Position numbers and translations under genes: made by a program. From the IMG/VR virus record IMGVR_UViG_3300029986_000003: a stretch of 38,053 nt of DNA. The stretch is one strand, 5' to 3'. Positions 1 to 8,156 of this stretch are shown in pieces. The stretch comes from a virus. The notes beneath the pieces were generated by a model that was given only the letters and a program-made list of their open reading frames with translations, was not told the DNA's origin and did not search any database. Each line of letters opens with the position of its first letter. Positions within the stretch are counted from its first letter, which is position 1.

Positions 1-127
1 TTCATCCCGCTCACCTTGCCGATTTTTCCGGTAAGGTACGGACGCGAAATGCTTTCCTGCGGGTTGAACAGTCCCTTGATCCCGTCGAGGAAGCTGGGCA
101 CATGCTGCGAAGTCAGAATGCCTACCC
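1..127. repeat. Exact copy of 37927..38053, i.e. a terminal overlap of a circular contig
   Basis: Base-by-base comparison: ttcatcccgctcaccttgcc...agtcagaatgcctaccc is identical at both window ends (127/127). Confidence 0.97.
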
Positions 128-620
128 GCTCGCCCTCATCCGGCGCAAGGTTCTGGTTGAGCATCCGGCGACCCAGGGCAATGTCCTTGTAGGTGAGCGT
201 GTTGGCGTTGTCGTCGATGGCGTTGTAGACGTTCAGCATCATGCTCAATGCATCAGCTTCGATATTCGATGCCAGAACCGACATGGCGGGCTTCAGGTAG
301 CGCTCGCTGAACTCATCGATGGTGAGGGAGAGATCTGCGGAGGTAAAGTTGGTGTCCACGCCCTTCTGCGTAGAAACGGTGAGCACTTGGCTGGTTTCGG
401 TGGTGTCCTGAACGCTGATGACCGAGCCGGTGCGAACCGTGTACTGGTTCGGCATACGGATGGTCAGCGAGGGGCCGATCTTGCCTGAAGGCGAGGCTCC
501 GCTGTTGGCGAACTGCTTGTCATACTGCTTGTCGCAGTTCTCAATGAAATTCAGGTTGGCGTGCAAAATTCGAAGTGCTTCACGAGTAATGATGGTCGGT
601 GAAAGGAGGCTATTAGCCAT
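1..620 (-). CDS. Major capsid protein (P22-coat-like, HK97 fold), 5' part. The gene wraps the window ends and continues 37926->37347, giving 399 aa in total
   Basis: ATG at 620 with AGGAGAA 6 nt upstream. The frame is open to position 1. Translation is MANSLLSPTIITREALRILHANLNFIENCDKQYDKQFANSG...IRMPNQYTV...DEFSERYLKPAMSVLASNIEADAL. It joins in frame to the 37347..38027 ORF through the 127-bp overlap. It lies directly downstream of the scaffold gene. Confidence 0.85.
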   Translation of the reverse strand, partial: MANSLLSPTIITREALRILHANLNFIENCDKQYDKQFANSGASPSGKIGPSLTIRMPNQYTVRTGSVISVQDTTETSQVLTVSTQKGVDTNFTSADLSLTIDEFSERYLKPAMSVLASNIEADALSMMLNVYNAIDDNANTLTYKDIALGRRMLNQNLAPDEGERVGILTSQHVPSFLDGIKGLFNPQESISRPYLTGKIGKVSGM

Positions 621-643
621 GATTAATTCTCCTGAGTGCTCGA

Positions 644-1609
644 TTACCTTCTACTGGCGAGTTGCTGGTTGCGCTTACGCGCCCAGTCGTCCGGGGAAAG
701 GCTTTCGTCGCTCACGTCAAAGGCCCTGGAACTCGCCCCATTTACAGGGGACGGCGGTTTCGGGGCGGCGGTTTTCTTCGGCTCAGGAGTAGCGGCAGCG
801 TTCGGTTCGGCAGCAAGTTCAAGTCGGATACCAGCTTCGAGAGTTGCGATGTAACGAATCGCCTGCGATGGATTCACACGCGAAAGTCGTTCCAGTTCCT
901 TCATGGTTTTCTGGTCCGTCCCAATCGTGTAAATCAACTCTGGAAGCACGTCTGATTCTGACAGCATCTGCTTGACCTGCATGGGAATGGTTTTGTCTCC
1001 CATAATGGTTGCTGCAGTGGGCTCGATCACCGAGTCAAACTCGGTGCCGTACCGTTTGCGGGCATCTTCGACGTTTTCCTGTACCTGGCTGACTTGCCTC
1101 TGCTGAACTTCGCGCTGATGCGCTTCGTGGAGAGTTTGCTCGGCTGACCACCGGCCCAATGCCTTCACGAAATCAGCATAGTCCGCATATTTCAGCGTTC
1201 CATCATCTTTCGTGTCGTTCACGGTCGGCTCTGGACTTGTCGGGGCAACCTGGGCGGCTTGCGGCGCGGGAGACGGGACCGGGGTAACGTCTGGTTTGGC
1301 CTGCTGTGCTGCCTTGAGTGCCTTGTTTTCAGCGAGCAACTTCTCGAATCGCCTGCGGGCCTTGTTGCCAATGCCCTCGGGCGGCTCCTGATCGTCTTCC
1401 GGTGCCGTTTCCGGTGCGGTTTCGGGCTCTTCGCCCTCGGCTGGTGTCTCATCTGCGGGTTCCGGGTCCGCGTCTTCGGCTGGTGCGAATCTGGCCGGGA
1501 CTTCCCCTGTCGCACGGTACGAATTGAACTCGTGGAGCGTGGGGGACTGCCCGTTGAATGGGTCTGTTGCTTCGACGGGTGACGATGCCGCTTGCGTCTC
1601 TGTTGCCAT
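644..1609 (-). CDS. Putative scaffolding protein (321 aa)
   Basis: Lies between the portal-side genes and the capsid gene. Acidic Pro/Glu/Ala-rich N-terminus (EDADPEPADETPAEGEEPETAPE) followed by a helical charged region. AGGGGA SD before the ATG at 1609. The call rests on position and composition only. Confidence 0.55.
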   Translation of the reverse strand: MATETQAASSPVEATDPFNGQSPTLHEFNSYRATGEVPARFAPAEDADPEPADETPAEGEEPETAPETAPEDDQEPPEGIGNKARRRFEKLLAENKALKAAQQAKPDVTPVPSPAPQAAQVAPTSPEPTVNDTKDDGTLKYADYADFVKALGRWSAEQTLHEAHQREVQQRQVSQVQENVEDARKRYGTEFDSVIEPTAATIMGDKTIPMQVKQMLSESDVLPELIYTIGTDQKTMKELERLSRVNPSQAIRYIATLEAGIRLELAAEPNAAATPEPKKTAAPKPPSPVNGASSRAFDVSDESLSPDDWARKRNQQLASRR

Positions 1610-1651
1610 GGTTGATTCCCCTTGAAAATTCTGTGGTTGCGCCGGTGATTA

Positions 1652-1843
1652 CTAGAACGCTGCGATGCGCTCAGACAAAACCTGCTCGTAAAGCTTCATG
1701 ATGTAGAGCTGGCGCGTAAGACGCGTTTGCTCAGCAGGCGGTAGAGAAGCAAAAATAGCGGTATCATGGAACGTTTCCAACTTGTACAGCTTGCCGGATA
1801 ATTCCGCTTTCTCGTCTACTACGCGTTGCTGATGTGGCTGCAT
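1652..1843 (-). CDS. Small conserved-looking helical protein (63 aa), function unknown
   Basis: ATG at 1843 preceded by GAGGAGAAAG, 8 nt after the portal stop. MQPHQQRVVDEKAELSGKLYKLETFHDTAIFASLPPAEQTRLTRQLYIMKLYEQVLSERI resembles a widespread small phage helical family (recalled from memory, unverified). Confidence 0.6.
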   Translation of the reverse strand: MQPHQQRVVDEKAELSGKLYKLETFHDTAIFASLPPAEQTRLTRQLYIMKLYEQVLSERIAAF

Positions 1844-1851
1844 CTTTCTCC

Positions 1852-3939
1852 TCAATTCGCCCCTTGCGCCGGGTCAGCGGTTTGCTGCGGTGCTACTTGC
1901 TGCTCTTGCTGCTGCGCCGCATCTTGTGAACTCTGTTGGCTCTGTGCCGCAGCCTGCTGTTGCTGCATCTGCTGCGCGGCCTGTTGCTGTTGAGCCTGCA
2001 TTGCTACATCATGCGCCTGATCGTGGAACTGCGCCTCAAGCGCCCTGCGATCTGCTTCGCGGTCGGCCGCGTTCTGCGCCTTGGTGTTTATCTCCGCGAC
2101 AGTGATAGCCGTCAGCAACTTCTTGTCCTCGAGCGCCATATCGGCCTGAGCCTTGGCCGCAATCTCTTCCATCTTGCCCATGTGCTCAAGGTGCTTGGCC
2201 TGCTTCTCCATTGTCAGCTTGGCGAGTTCACCCTGCATGGCCTGCATTTGCTGGTGAGCCTGCGCAACGGCGGCCTGCGCCTGGGGCGGAAGCGCGTTTT
2301 CATTGTCCTGCAACTGCGCCGGCAGCATCTTGTGCAACCGCTCGGCTGCTTCATCCGCGCCAGCCATGTCCGAATTCTTCATCATCAAATCGCCGAGAAT
2401 CGGGACCATCGTCGGCACGGAGCGAATCAAATTCTGTACAAAATCGAACGTCTCCATCCGCTTCGAGTCATACGCGCGGCCCATAGTGACCACCAGCGGC
2501 ACGCGCTTCCCGGCGATCTTGTAGTGATGCGACTTTCCGGCTTCGTCAGTGTGCTCCGCGTTGATGGTTACCACCTTGGATTTCTCGTCCTGGCCGAGAA
2601 TGGTCACTTCGCGCTCGGTGTCGTAAATCTTGGGGATCATCTCCTCGATAATGTCGCCCGCCTGCCGGAATGAGCGCTCCAGGTTATCGAGAAAATGCAT
2701 GGTGGTAAGGTTGGAGGACTGCTGGCGGGCCTGAATCGCCCTGCCGGTAGTCTCGTTCCCCTTAGCGCCCAGCGATGCGTCATAGATGCCCGTAGTGGCC
2801 TTCATATCGTCCACTTCCTGGGCGATGAACTCAGAAAGCGACTGAATCGGAGGCTCGAACGTGTTGCGCGTGGGTGCAGGGAGCGGACGACCGGCCATAT
2901 CAACGACTTTGAAATGCACACTAGGACGCGGAACCGTATTGATCGTCGCCCATTCCTTCTCGTATCCAGCGTCTTGGCCCTCGGCGATCATGTATGGCGA
3001 CACCGGAGACTGCGCCAACGTCTCAGCAACGCGCGATTTTGCGTAATTCAGCATCTGCTGAGCGGATTTCTGCGAGCGAACTACTGAGGACAGACGGGGC
3101 TTGCCCTCAATAATCATCTGCTTGCCAAGAACCGGGATAATCGGTATTTCAGAACCTGCCCATTCGGTGCGCGTATCAGGAAGTTCTTCCAGCCCATTGA
3201 TTTTGCAGAATAAAACCTTGGTTTTTGGGCGCTTTCCCTTGATCTTTACCTCTTCGCACCACCAGTACTCTGCGATACGCACCGAGTCGGAACCGACCCA
3301 CCCCTCTGCGCGCTGCGAAGCGGAATCCCACGAGAGCGAAGCCATTTCGCTGTCGCCGTAAAGCGCCCTGTACTCTTCCTTGGGGATTTCCTCAACTACG
3401 AACGCAAAACGCGGCTTGCGATTGAAGCAGGTGGGAACAACGATCCCATAGACTGTCATAGGGTCCATGACGGGGAGAATCTTGAGGTCGAGTTCGTCGC
3501 CTTCGTCTTCCGCATACTCAGTCAGGAAGCGGTAGTAGCCGAATGAACCGCCCGCGCTGTATTCGATGGCTGTTTCGTAGGCGATCTGCGCGTTGGATTC
3601 GTACTGGATGAACCGTGCTAGGCCCTCGTAGACCTCGGCGGTGTCCTTGTCGGCATCCAGTCGCGGCGCAAACTTAACCTGAGGCTTATTCTGGCGGGCC
3701 TCATTGCTGACCTGCTGAACGAACGTATGGCAGCGCGGGAAGGCCATCGCCGGGCGGCCTGCCATCTCGCGTTGCAACTTGATCTGCGGGTCCCACTGGT
3801 CATCGCCATCCGGGGAAGCCAGTTTGAGATCCTGCACGAACTTGACGCGCAGTTCGCGCTCATCCTCGGCGGCCGCCGCAAACCGCTTGCGGGCTGTCGC
3901 CATGAAATCAACTGTCGCACTGTCGTTCGCATCTGCCAT
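1852..3939 (-). CDS. Portal protein (695 aa) with a long Gln-rich C-terminal tail
   Basis: Size and position upstream of scaffold and capsid. N-terminal pattern RKRF..A...ERELR...DLKL...DQWDP......GRPAM.F.....FVQQV.NE.RQNKPQVKF.P is typical of P22/podovirus-type portals. The C-terminus is coiled-coil/Q-rich (QQQQAAQQMQQQQAAAQSQQSSQ). Confidence 0.85.
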   Translation of the reverse strand: MADANDSATVDFMATARKRFAAAAEDERELRVKFVQDLKLASPDGDDQWDPQIKLQREMAGRPAMAFPRCHTFVQQVSNEARQNKPQVKFAPRLDADKDTAEVYEGLARFIQYESNAQIAYETAIEYSAGGSFGYYRFLTEYAEDEGDELDLKILPVMDPMTVYGIVVPTCFNRKPRFAFVVEEIPKEEYRALYGDSEMASLSWDSASQRAEGWVGSDSVRIAEYWWCEEVKIKGKRPKTKVLFCKINGLEELPDTRTEWAGSEIPIIPVLGKQMIIEGKPRLSSVVRSQKSAQQMLNYAKSRVAETLAQSPVSPYMIAEGQDAGYEKEWATINTVPRPSVHFKVVDMAGRPLPAPTRNTFEPPIQSLSEFIAQEVDDMKATTGIYDASLGAKGNETTGRAIQARQQSSNLTTMHFLDNLERSFRQAGDIIEEMIPKIYDTEREVTILGQDEKSKVVTINAEHTDEAGKSHHYKIAGKRVPLVVTMGRAYDSKRMETFDFVQNLIRSVPTMVPILGDLMMKNSDMAGADEAAERLHKMLPAQLQDNENALPPQAQAAVAQAHQQMQAMQGELAKLTMEKQAKHLEHMGKMEEIAAKAQADMALEDKKLLTAITVAEINTKAQNAADREADRRALEAQFHDQAHDVAMQAQQQQAAQQMQQQQAAAQSQQSSQDAAQQQEQQVAPQQTADPAQGAN

Positions 3940-3945
3940 GAGGGG

Positions 3946-4242
3946 CTAGGCTTCCTTTTTTTCCTTCAGCGCAGCCTTGAGGAACGATGCCGGGTGCGAT
4001 TTCGCTTCCATCTCAGGCGTTTCCTCGGATTCCTCGTGCTCAGGAATCGCCAGATGGTTGGCGACATGCGCCAGCATTTCGTGCCCCTCGTCTGCGCCGA
4101 AGACATGTTTCTCGGGTTCTAAATAACTTTCGCTCATGCCGTGACGCCCTTCGCGCTGAATGGGCTTGTATTCATGAGAAACCGTGTGCCCGCCGTTCTC
4201 TGCGGGCTCGATCACCATGCGGCGAATCTCTTTCTTTGCCAT
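3946..4242 (-). CDS. Hypothetical protein (98 aa)
   Basis: ATG at 4242 with GGAG 9 nt upstream. MAKKEIRRMVIEPAENGGHTVSHEY...HVFGADEGHEMLAHVANHL. Tightly packed in the late operon. Confidence 0.6.
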   Translation of the reverse strand: MAKKEIRRMVIEPAENGGHTVSHEYKPIQREGRHGMSESYLEPEKHVFGADEGHEMLAHVANHLAIPEHEESEETPEMEAKSHPASFLKAALKEKKEA

Positions 4243-4263
4243 TTCGATTAACTCCACATGTCA

Positions 4264-4548
4264 TTATGTCATTGAATCGTAGACGATATTGAGAACCTGA
4301 GTGCTGGTTCCGATGGTAAAGAAATCGCTCAAATCGTAGTGCTGCGAAACATCGGCGAGCGCTGGAAGTAGAAGGGAACCCGTGGTAGCTGGTATTACGT
4401 ATCCCTTGGTTGCCGTTACGGTTGCATCGCCAATTGTCATCGTAGCCGCCGCTGTGTTCTGTAGTAGAATCCAGCGCGCAAAGATAACCGCAGACGAAAC
4501 CTGTATAGCGCTGCCGGTTTGCGTGACCTGCAAAGTCTTGGTCGCCAT
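4264..4548 (-). CDS. Hypothetical protein (94 aa), beta-rich
   Basis: ATG at 4548 preceded by TTAGGAGGCGTC (strong SD). MATKTLQVTQTGSAIQVSS... Confidence 0.65.
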   Translation of the reverse strand: MATKTLQVTQTGSAIQVSSAVIFARWILLQNTAAATMTIGDATVTATKGYVIPATTGSLLLPALADVSQHYDLSDFFTIGTSTQVLNIVYDSMT

Positions 4549-4556
4549 GACGCCTC

Positions 4557-4970
4557 CTAACTGAATGTCACGCCGAGTGGGCTGCCAACGGGATACCAAA
4601 TACCGTTTCTGGCTTGCAACTCGATATTGCTGCCGACAGTTCCGCCAAACGTGGCAATGTGCTTCGAGGGGGCGATCTTGTTCGCTGCGGTTGTGATCGT
4701 GTGCGCATGGCCACCAGTATCAACGATGAAAACAGACTTTCCATCGTCACCGGCAGGCTGGTTTCCAGGAAGCGGTGTGGCGAGAGTGAGATTATCCACG
4801 CCGGTTCCATCGAGAGAGACATTTCCGGGAAACGGTAGCGGGTCTGCCGATCCGGTGAGCGACGTAAACGCTCCCTGGCAGAATGTATCTTGAAGGTCCT
4901 TGGACATGGATGCATCATGGCATCCTGCGCGTGGAAGTGAATTTTGACCTGCGACTGGCGAATTTGCCAC
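4557..4970 (-). CDS. Hypothetical protein (137 aa)
   Basis: GTG at 4970 preceded by AGGAGATAAAC (strong SD), directly after the stop of the upstream ORF. Contains ...VDTGGHAHTITTAANK...GIWYPVGSPLGVTFS. Confidence 0.6.
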   Translation of the reverse strand: MANSPVAGQNSLPRAGCHDASMSKDLQDTFCQGAFTSLTGSADPLPFPGNVSLDGTGVDNLTLATPLPGNQPAGDDGKSVFIVDTGGHAHTITTAANKIAPSKHIATFGGTVGSNIELQARNGIWYPVGSPLGVTFS

Positions 4971-4979
4971 GTTTATCTC

Positions 4980-5183
4980 CTATTTCTCACCTAAAAGGCG
5001 GTCTGCTTTTGCGCGAATCTTTGCGGCGCTGGCTGGGCTGAGTTTACCACGCTTCACCATCTGCGTGGCACGGGCCTTCGCGTTGGCTGCGTGGCTTTTA
5101 TCTGGCATTGGAAAGCGTCTTCCGCTTAAAGCAAAATCGCTCGACGGTAGCCTGTTTCGCTCTTCAGAAGTCAACTTAGCCAT
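4980..5183 (-). CDS. Hypothetical basic protein (67 aa)
   Basis: MAKLTSEERNRLPSSDFALSGRRFPMPDKSHAANAKARATQMVKRGKLS.... A G-rich SD-like tract precedes the ATG at 5183. Confidence 0.55.
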   Translation of the reverse strand: MAKLTSEERNRLPSSDFALSGRRFPMPDKSHAANAKARATQMVKRGKLSPASAAKIRAKADRLLGEK

Positions 5184-5218
5184 TGAAATTACCCCCCCAG
5201 TTCAGGTACGATTGACAT

Positions 5219-5833
5219 ATGAAAATAACCGATATTACCGGCCAAAAATTTGGATTCTGGACGGTGGTTTCTCAGGCCGATCCAGTCAAGCATGAAACGA
5301 AGTGGCTCTGCATGTGCCGATGCGGAAAACTGGCTGAAGTATACACCAAGGCCCTGCGAAGAGGAACATCGACATCCTGCGGATGCGTTCGCCGAGAATT
5401 GAGCCGAGACCGAGCAACTATTCACGGAATGTCGAAATCGGTCGAATATAGAACATGGCGTCGAATTCGAGATCGGTGCTTCAATCCTTTGTCGGGAGAC
5501 TATGCAGACTATGGCGGAAGGGGAATACGAGTGTGTGAGGAATGGAGCAGTTTCCCGGCATTTCTTAGCGATATGGGGATAAGGCCATCTCGTAATCACT
5601 CGATTAACCGAGTTAACAATGACGGCCACTATGAACCTACAAATTGCAAGTGGTCTACGCCCATCGAACAAGCAAACAACAAAAGAAACAATCGACGAAT
5701 AACATGGAGAGGAGAGACCCTCAACCTTGTGCAATGGGCTGCTCGAACCGGGATAAACGCTGACGTGATCTATCAGCGATTGGGAAAACTCGGATGGAGC
5801 ATCGAGCAATCTCTTACTCGGGCTGTCCGCTAG
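5219..5833 (+). CDS. Free-standing homing-endonuclease-like / DNA-binding protein (204 aa), paralogue of 9974..10387
   Basis: Cys-rich N-terminus (KWLCMCRCGK...STSCGC). Core is HGMSKSVEYRTWRRIRDRCFNP..DYADYGGRGIRVCEEW.SF..FLSDMG.RPS..HSINRVNNDGHYEPTNCKWSTPIEQANNKR, shared with 9974..10387. It is on the opposite strand to all neighbouring genes and looks visibly more AT-rich than its flanks. Confidence 0.7.
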   Translation: MKITDITGQKFGFWTVVSQADPVKHETKWLCMCRCGKLAEVYTKALRRGTSTSCGCVRRELSRDRATIHGMSKSVEYRTWRRIRDRCFNPLSGDYADYGGRGIRVCEEWSSFPAFLSDMGIRPSRNHSINRVNNDGHYEPTNCKWSTPIEQANNKRNNRRITWRGETLNLVQWAARTGINADVIYQRLGKLGWSIEQSLTRAVR

Positions 5834-5992
5834 CGACATCATTTTCTCCCGTAACCGCTCTGCGATTCAGCCGCAAATGCGCGCGGCGATGGTGAATGCA
5901 CGGCGGTTGCCTTGCCCGGTCGTAGGCTGGCGGCTGGCCGCGCTGGCGCAACCTTCATCATCATCGCGTGAATCTTGGGCGCTGTCCACATA

Positions 5993-6319
5993 TCAGGCCT
6001 GCAGAACTCCCGTGCCCCACACTTCAGTGCCGCCAACCTCTGCCTGGTTGTGGGCGACCTTGACAAAATAATGCACGCCGTTGGTGCCCAGAATGTCGAT
6101 CACCGTCACGGAGGCCCGCTGGTATGTCTGAACGGACTCCACTGTCTTTCCTGTCAGAACGGTTTCGTCCGGGACCGGCACAGCGAGAGCGTCCTGTTCG
6201 GCAGGAGTATCCTGGATTGTCGAAACGGGCGCAGGTTCAACCGCGGGAACGCTGGGAGCGGGTGCTGCCTCCGGATCGGAGCTTTCAACGGGAGCGGCTG
6301 TTTCTACTACTTCGTCCAT
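5993..6319 (-). CDS. Hypothetical protein (108 aa) with an acidic Pro/Ala-rich N-terminus
   Basis: ATG at 6319 with GAGGTG 7 nt upstream. MDEVVETAAPVESSDPEAAPAPS...TVESVQTYQRASVTVIDILGTNGVHYFVKV. Confidence 0.55.
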   Translation of the reverse strand: MDEVVETAAPVESSDPEAAPAPSVPAVEPAPVSTIQDTPAEQDALAVPVPDETVLTGKTVESVQTYQRASVTVIDILGTNGVHYFVKVAHNQAEVGGTEVWGTGVLQA

Positions 6320-6341
6320 CTCAACACCTCATGCTGGTGAA

Positions 6342-6350
6342 ATCATACCA
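6342..6350 (-). promoter_or_regulatory. Candidate extended -10 element TGGTATGAT (minus strand)
   Basis: Reverse complement of 6342..6350 is TGGTATGAT. It lies in the 56-bp gap between terL and the 5993..6319 ORF. It resembles the TGGTAGAAT element at 9880..9888, and both are preceded by CTTG. Confidence 0.3.
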
Positions 6351-6375
6351 CCAAGAAATACGCAACACGAAAATA

Positions 6376-7662
6376 TCACGACATCCACCCATCTTGACCT
6401 TGATAAATAGGCTGCGAGACATGCCTTTCAACTTCTCTACCACTGTTTGCGCTCTCCACTCCCATTGCTCCAGTCCTGAGCGAGTCGGCAGTATGTGAGG
6501 CCCAGTCGTGAACCGGATCACGGGTGGGCGTGCGGTGGTCAGGCGTGCTCAGCACCTTAATCTCGCCATAGCGGTAATGCCTGAGGGCCTGGAGCCCGTC
6601 CGCGCACTTGTCAATGTCGAACCAGCATAGTGGGAGCATTCTACGCACGGCCTCGATCCCAACATGAATGAGGTTCTGCGGTACCACCTGCACCTTGCGC
6701 CCCAGGCCGCGCATGACGGCCTCTACGCTCTTTCCCGTCGCCAGTCTGCCTGTGCTAGCCGCGTCCCACGGGAGGTAATCGGTTCCCCACACGTAGGGAC
6801 GATCCTGCAATTCACGCACAAAAGACCCCACATCGCGGTTGTTTCCCTCAATGTAGTCGATAAAGCGCCACTCGAACGGCGCGCTCTGAAACATCCAGAT
6901 CGCCACCAGATCGCCCCAACCAAGATCCCAGCAGGTATGCACCGGGCGCGACGGATCGTAGGGAACGCGCGTAATTCGGCTCTCTGCGTCCACCTTGCGG
7001 AACTCCGCGGCGTAGATTCCTCCGACAACCGTGCGCCGGGGCTGTCCTAGCCAAATGTGCGCATATTCATCAGGGTCTTCTACTTCTAGTTTTTCACGCT
7101 CAGCGCGCAGAACCTCAGACGCCCAAGGGTTGTCCGAGAAATTCATGTTGATCGCAACAGTATTAGGCGGCGGATTGACCATGAACCGCCGCCATGTGTC
7201 GTCGGTCTCTAGCTCAGGGTTCCACGTTAGGATGATCTCAGAACCGGGGCGACGGATGGTCGGGATGCTCTTGTCCCACGAGTCCTTGGATACACTCTGC
7301 GCTTCCTCGACCCATAGTTTTGTGGCACCTTCGAGTGATTTAATTGCGTCGGGATTATGACGCAAACCCTTGAAAACAAACTCAGTTTTTGTGGTTTTAT
7401 GCCAGATTTTAGCCTTTTCCACCACATACTGATCGCCCATGCCCATCATGCTGATCTGGGAAACAAGCGTTCGGTGGCAGGAATCGGCAATCGAGTTCAT
7501 GTTTTCACGGGCGCACACTATAAATTCCGTGCCAACTGCCCCGATTTCAAGCAGATATCGCGCCACGTTCCAAGATTTCGCGCCGTCTCTACCGCCCCAG
7601 ATATTTTTGAATCGGTGCGACTCCCATAACGGGCGAAGCTTTGAGGGGAATTCGATGTTCAT
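6376..7662 (-). CDS. terL: Terminase large subunit (428 aa)
   Basis: ATG at 7662 overlaps the terS stop (ATGA). Walker A-like GGRDGAKS, Walker B-like KLWVEEAQ, and a C-terminal nuclease-type region (CWDLGWGD...HDWASHTADSLR). Confidence 0.9.
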   Translation of the reverse strand: MNIEFPSKLRPLWESHRFKNIWGGRDGAKSWNVARYLLEIGAVGTEFIVCARENMNSIADSCHRTLVSQISMMGMGDQYVVEKAKIWHKTTKTEFVFKGLRHNPDAIKSLEGATKLWVEEAQSVSKDSWDKSIPTIRRPGSEIILTWNPELETDDTWRRFMVNPPPNTVAINMNFSDNPWASEVLRAEREKLEVEDPDEYAHIWLGQPRRTVVGGIYAAEFRKVDAESRITRVPYDPSRPVHTCWDLGWGDLVAIWMFQSAPFEWRFIDYIEGNNRDVGSFVRELQDRPYVWGTDYLPWDAASTGRLATGKSVEAVMRGLGRKVQVVPQNLIHVGIEAVRRMLPLCWFDIDKCADGLQALRHYRYGEIKVLSTPDHRTPTRDPVHDWASHTADSLRTGAMGVESANSGREVERHVSQPIYQGQDGWMS

Positions 7663-8135
7663 GGCGCTTTCGGCGGATCGACGAATATAATTCGGTGCTC
7701 GGATTGAATCGCGCCACCATCTGGCCCGCTCAATTCCTGTTGAATCTTGTCGCCGTAGTCCAGGGGAGCACCCGGCTTGCTGAATCCGCGCAGCAGATGC
7801 GATGCTTCCCACTTGGCCGTATCAACGCGCAGTCGGTTGCGTGCAATGCCGGCGGCATCAACGCGCACAGCCCCTTTTTCATCGATATAGGTAGGTACCT
7901 CGGCAGCGATCTCGTTAGCGTCCTCAATCCTCGACTCGACCCCGGCGCGGCGCGCTGCGGCGTACCTTGAGGCAAACCCATCAGTGTCGCGCACGCTCCA
8001 GCGGATCACCGACCTGCGGCATGGATACTCAGGATGCTTGGGGTCTGAGCATATTGTCCGCAGGCTCTCTCCCTCGCTCATGCGCATCAGGATCTCTTCG
8101 GCGATGATTGGGTCGTACGTGGATCTTTGCTCCAT
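7659..8135 (-). CDS. terS: Terminase small subunit (158 aa)
   Basis: YDPIIAEEILMRMSEGESLRTICSD...RRSVIRWSVRDTDGFASRYAAARRAGVE...NRLRVDTAKWEASHLL matches the common HTH-type small terminase pattern. Translationally coupled to terL. Confidence 0.75.
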   Translation of the reverse strand: MEQRSTYDPIIAEEILMRMSEGESLRTICSDPKHPEYPCRRSVIRWSVRDTDGFASRYAAARRAGVESRIEDANEIAAEVPTYIDEKGAVRVDAAGIARNRLRVDTAKWEASHLLRGFSKPGAPLDYGDKIQQELSGPDGGAIQSEHRIIFVDPPKAP

Positions 8136-8156
8136 GGTTTCAGCGCTTCCCGTTCT

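Noticed and set aside
1-127. Terminal 127-bp repeat interpreted as a biological direct terminal repeat (DTR)
   Set aside because: The repeat falls in the middle of the capsid coding sequence, and its length equals a standard maximum assembler k-mer. A circular-assembly overlap is the simpler explanation. Only read-end analysis can settle it.
1936-2673. 245-aa plus-strand ORF, and the many other 60-150-aa ORFs antisense or out of frame to the large late genes
   Set aside because: They overlap genes with strong family signatures (portal, terL, fibres). They are Leu/Arg-rich, lack SDs and do not fit the operon structure.
5189-5842. 217-aa minus-strand ORF
   Set aside because: It is fully antisense to the motif-bearing 5219..5833 gene. 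The protein is Ser/Cys/Arg-rich with no motifs and no SD. It is a typical shadow ORF.
5839-6066. 75-aa minus-strand ORF (or its 50-aa ATG-initiated part) in the gap between 5993..6319 and the antisense endonuclease-like gene
   Set aside because: Ala/Pro/Arg-rich out-of-frame-type composition, partial overlap with the 5993..6319 gene, and no SD.
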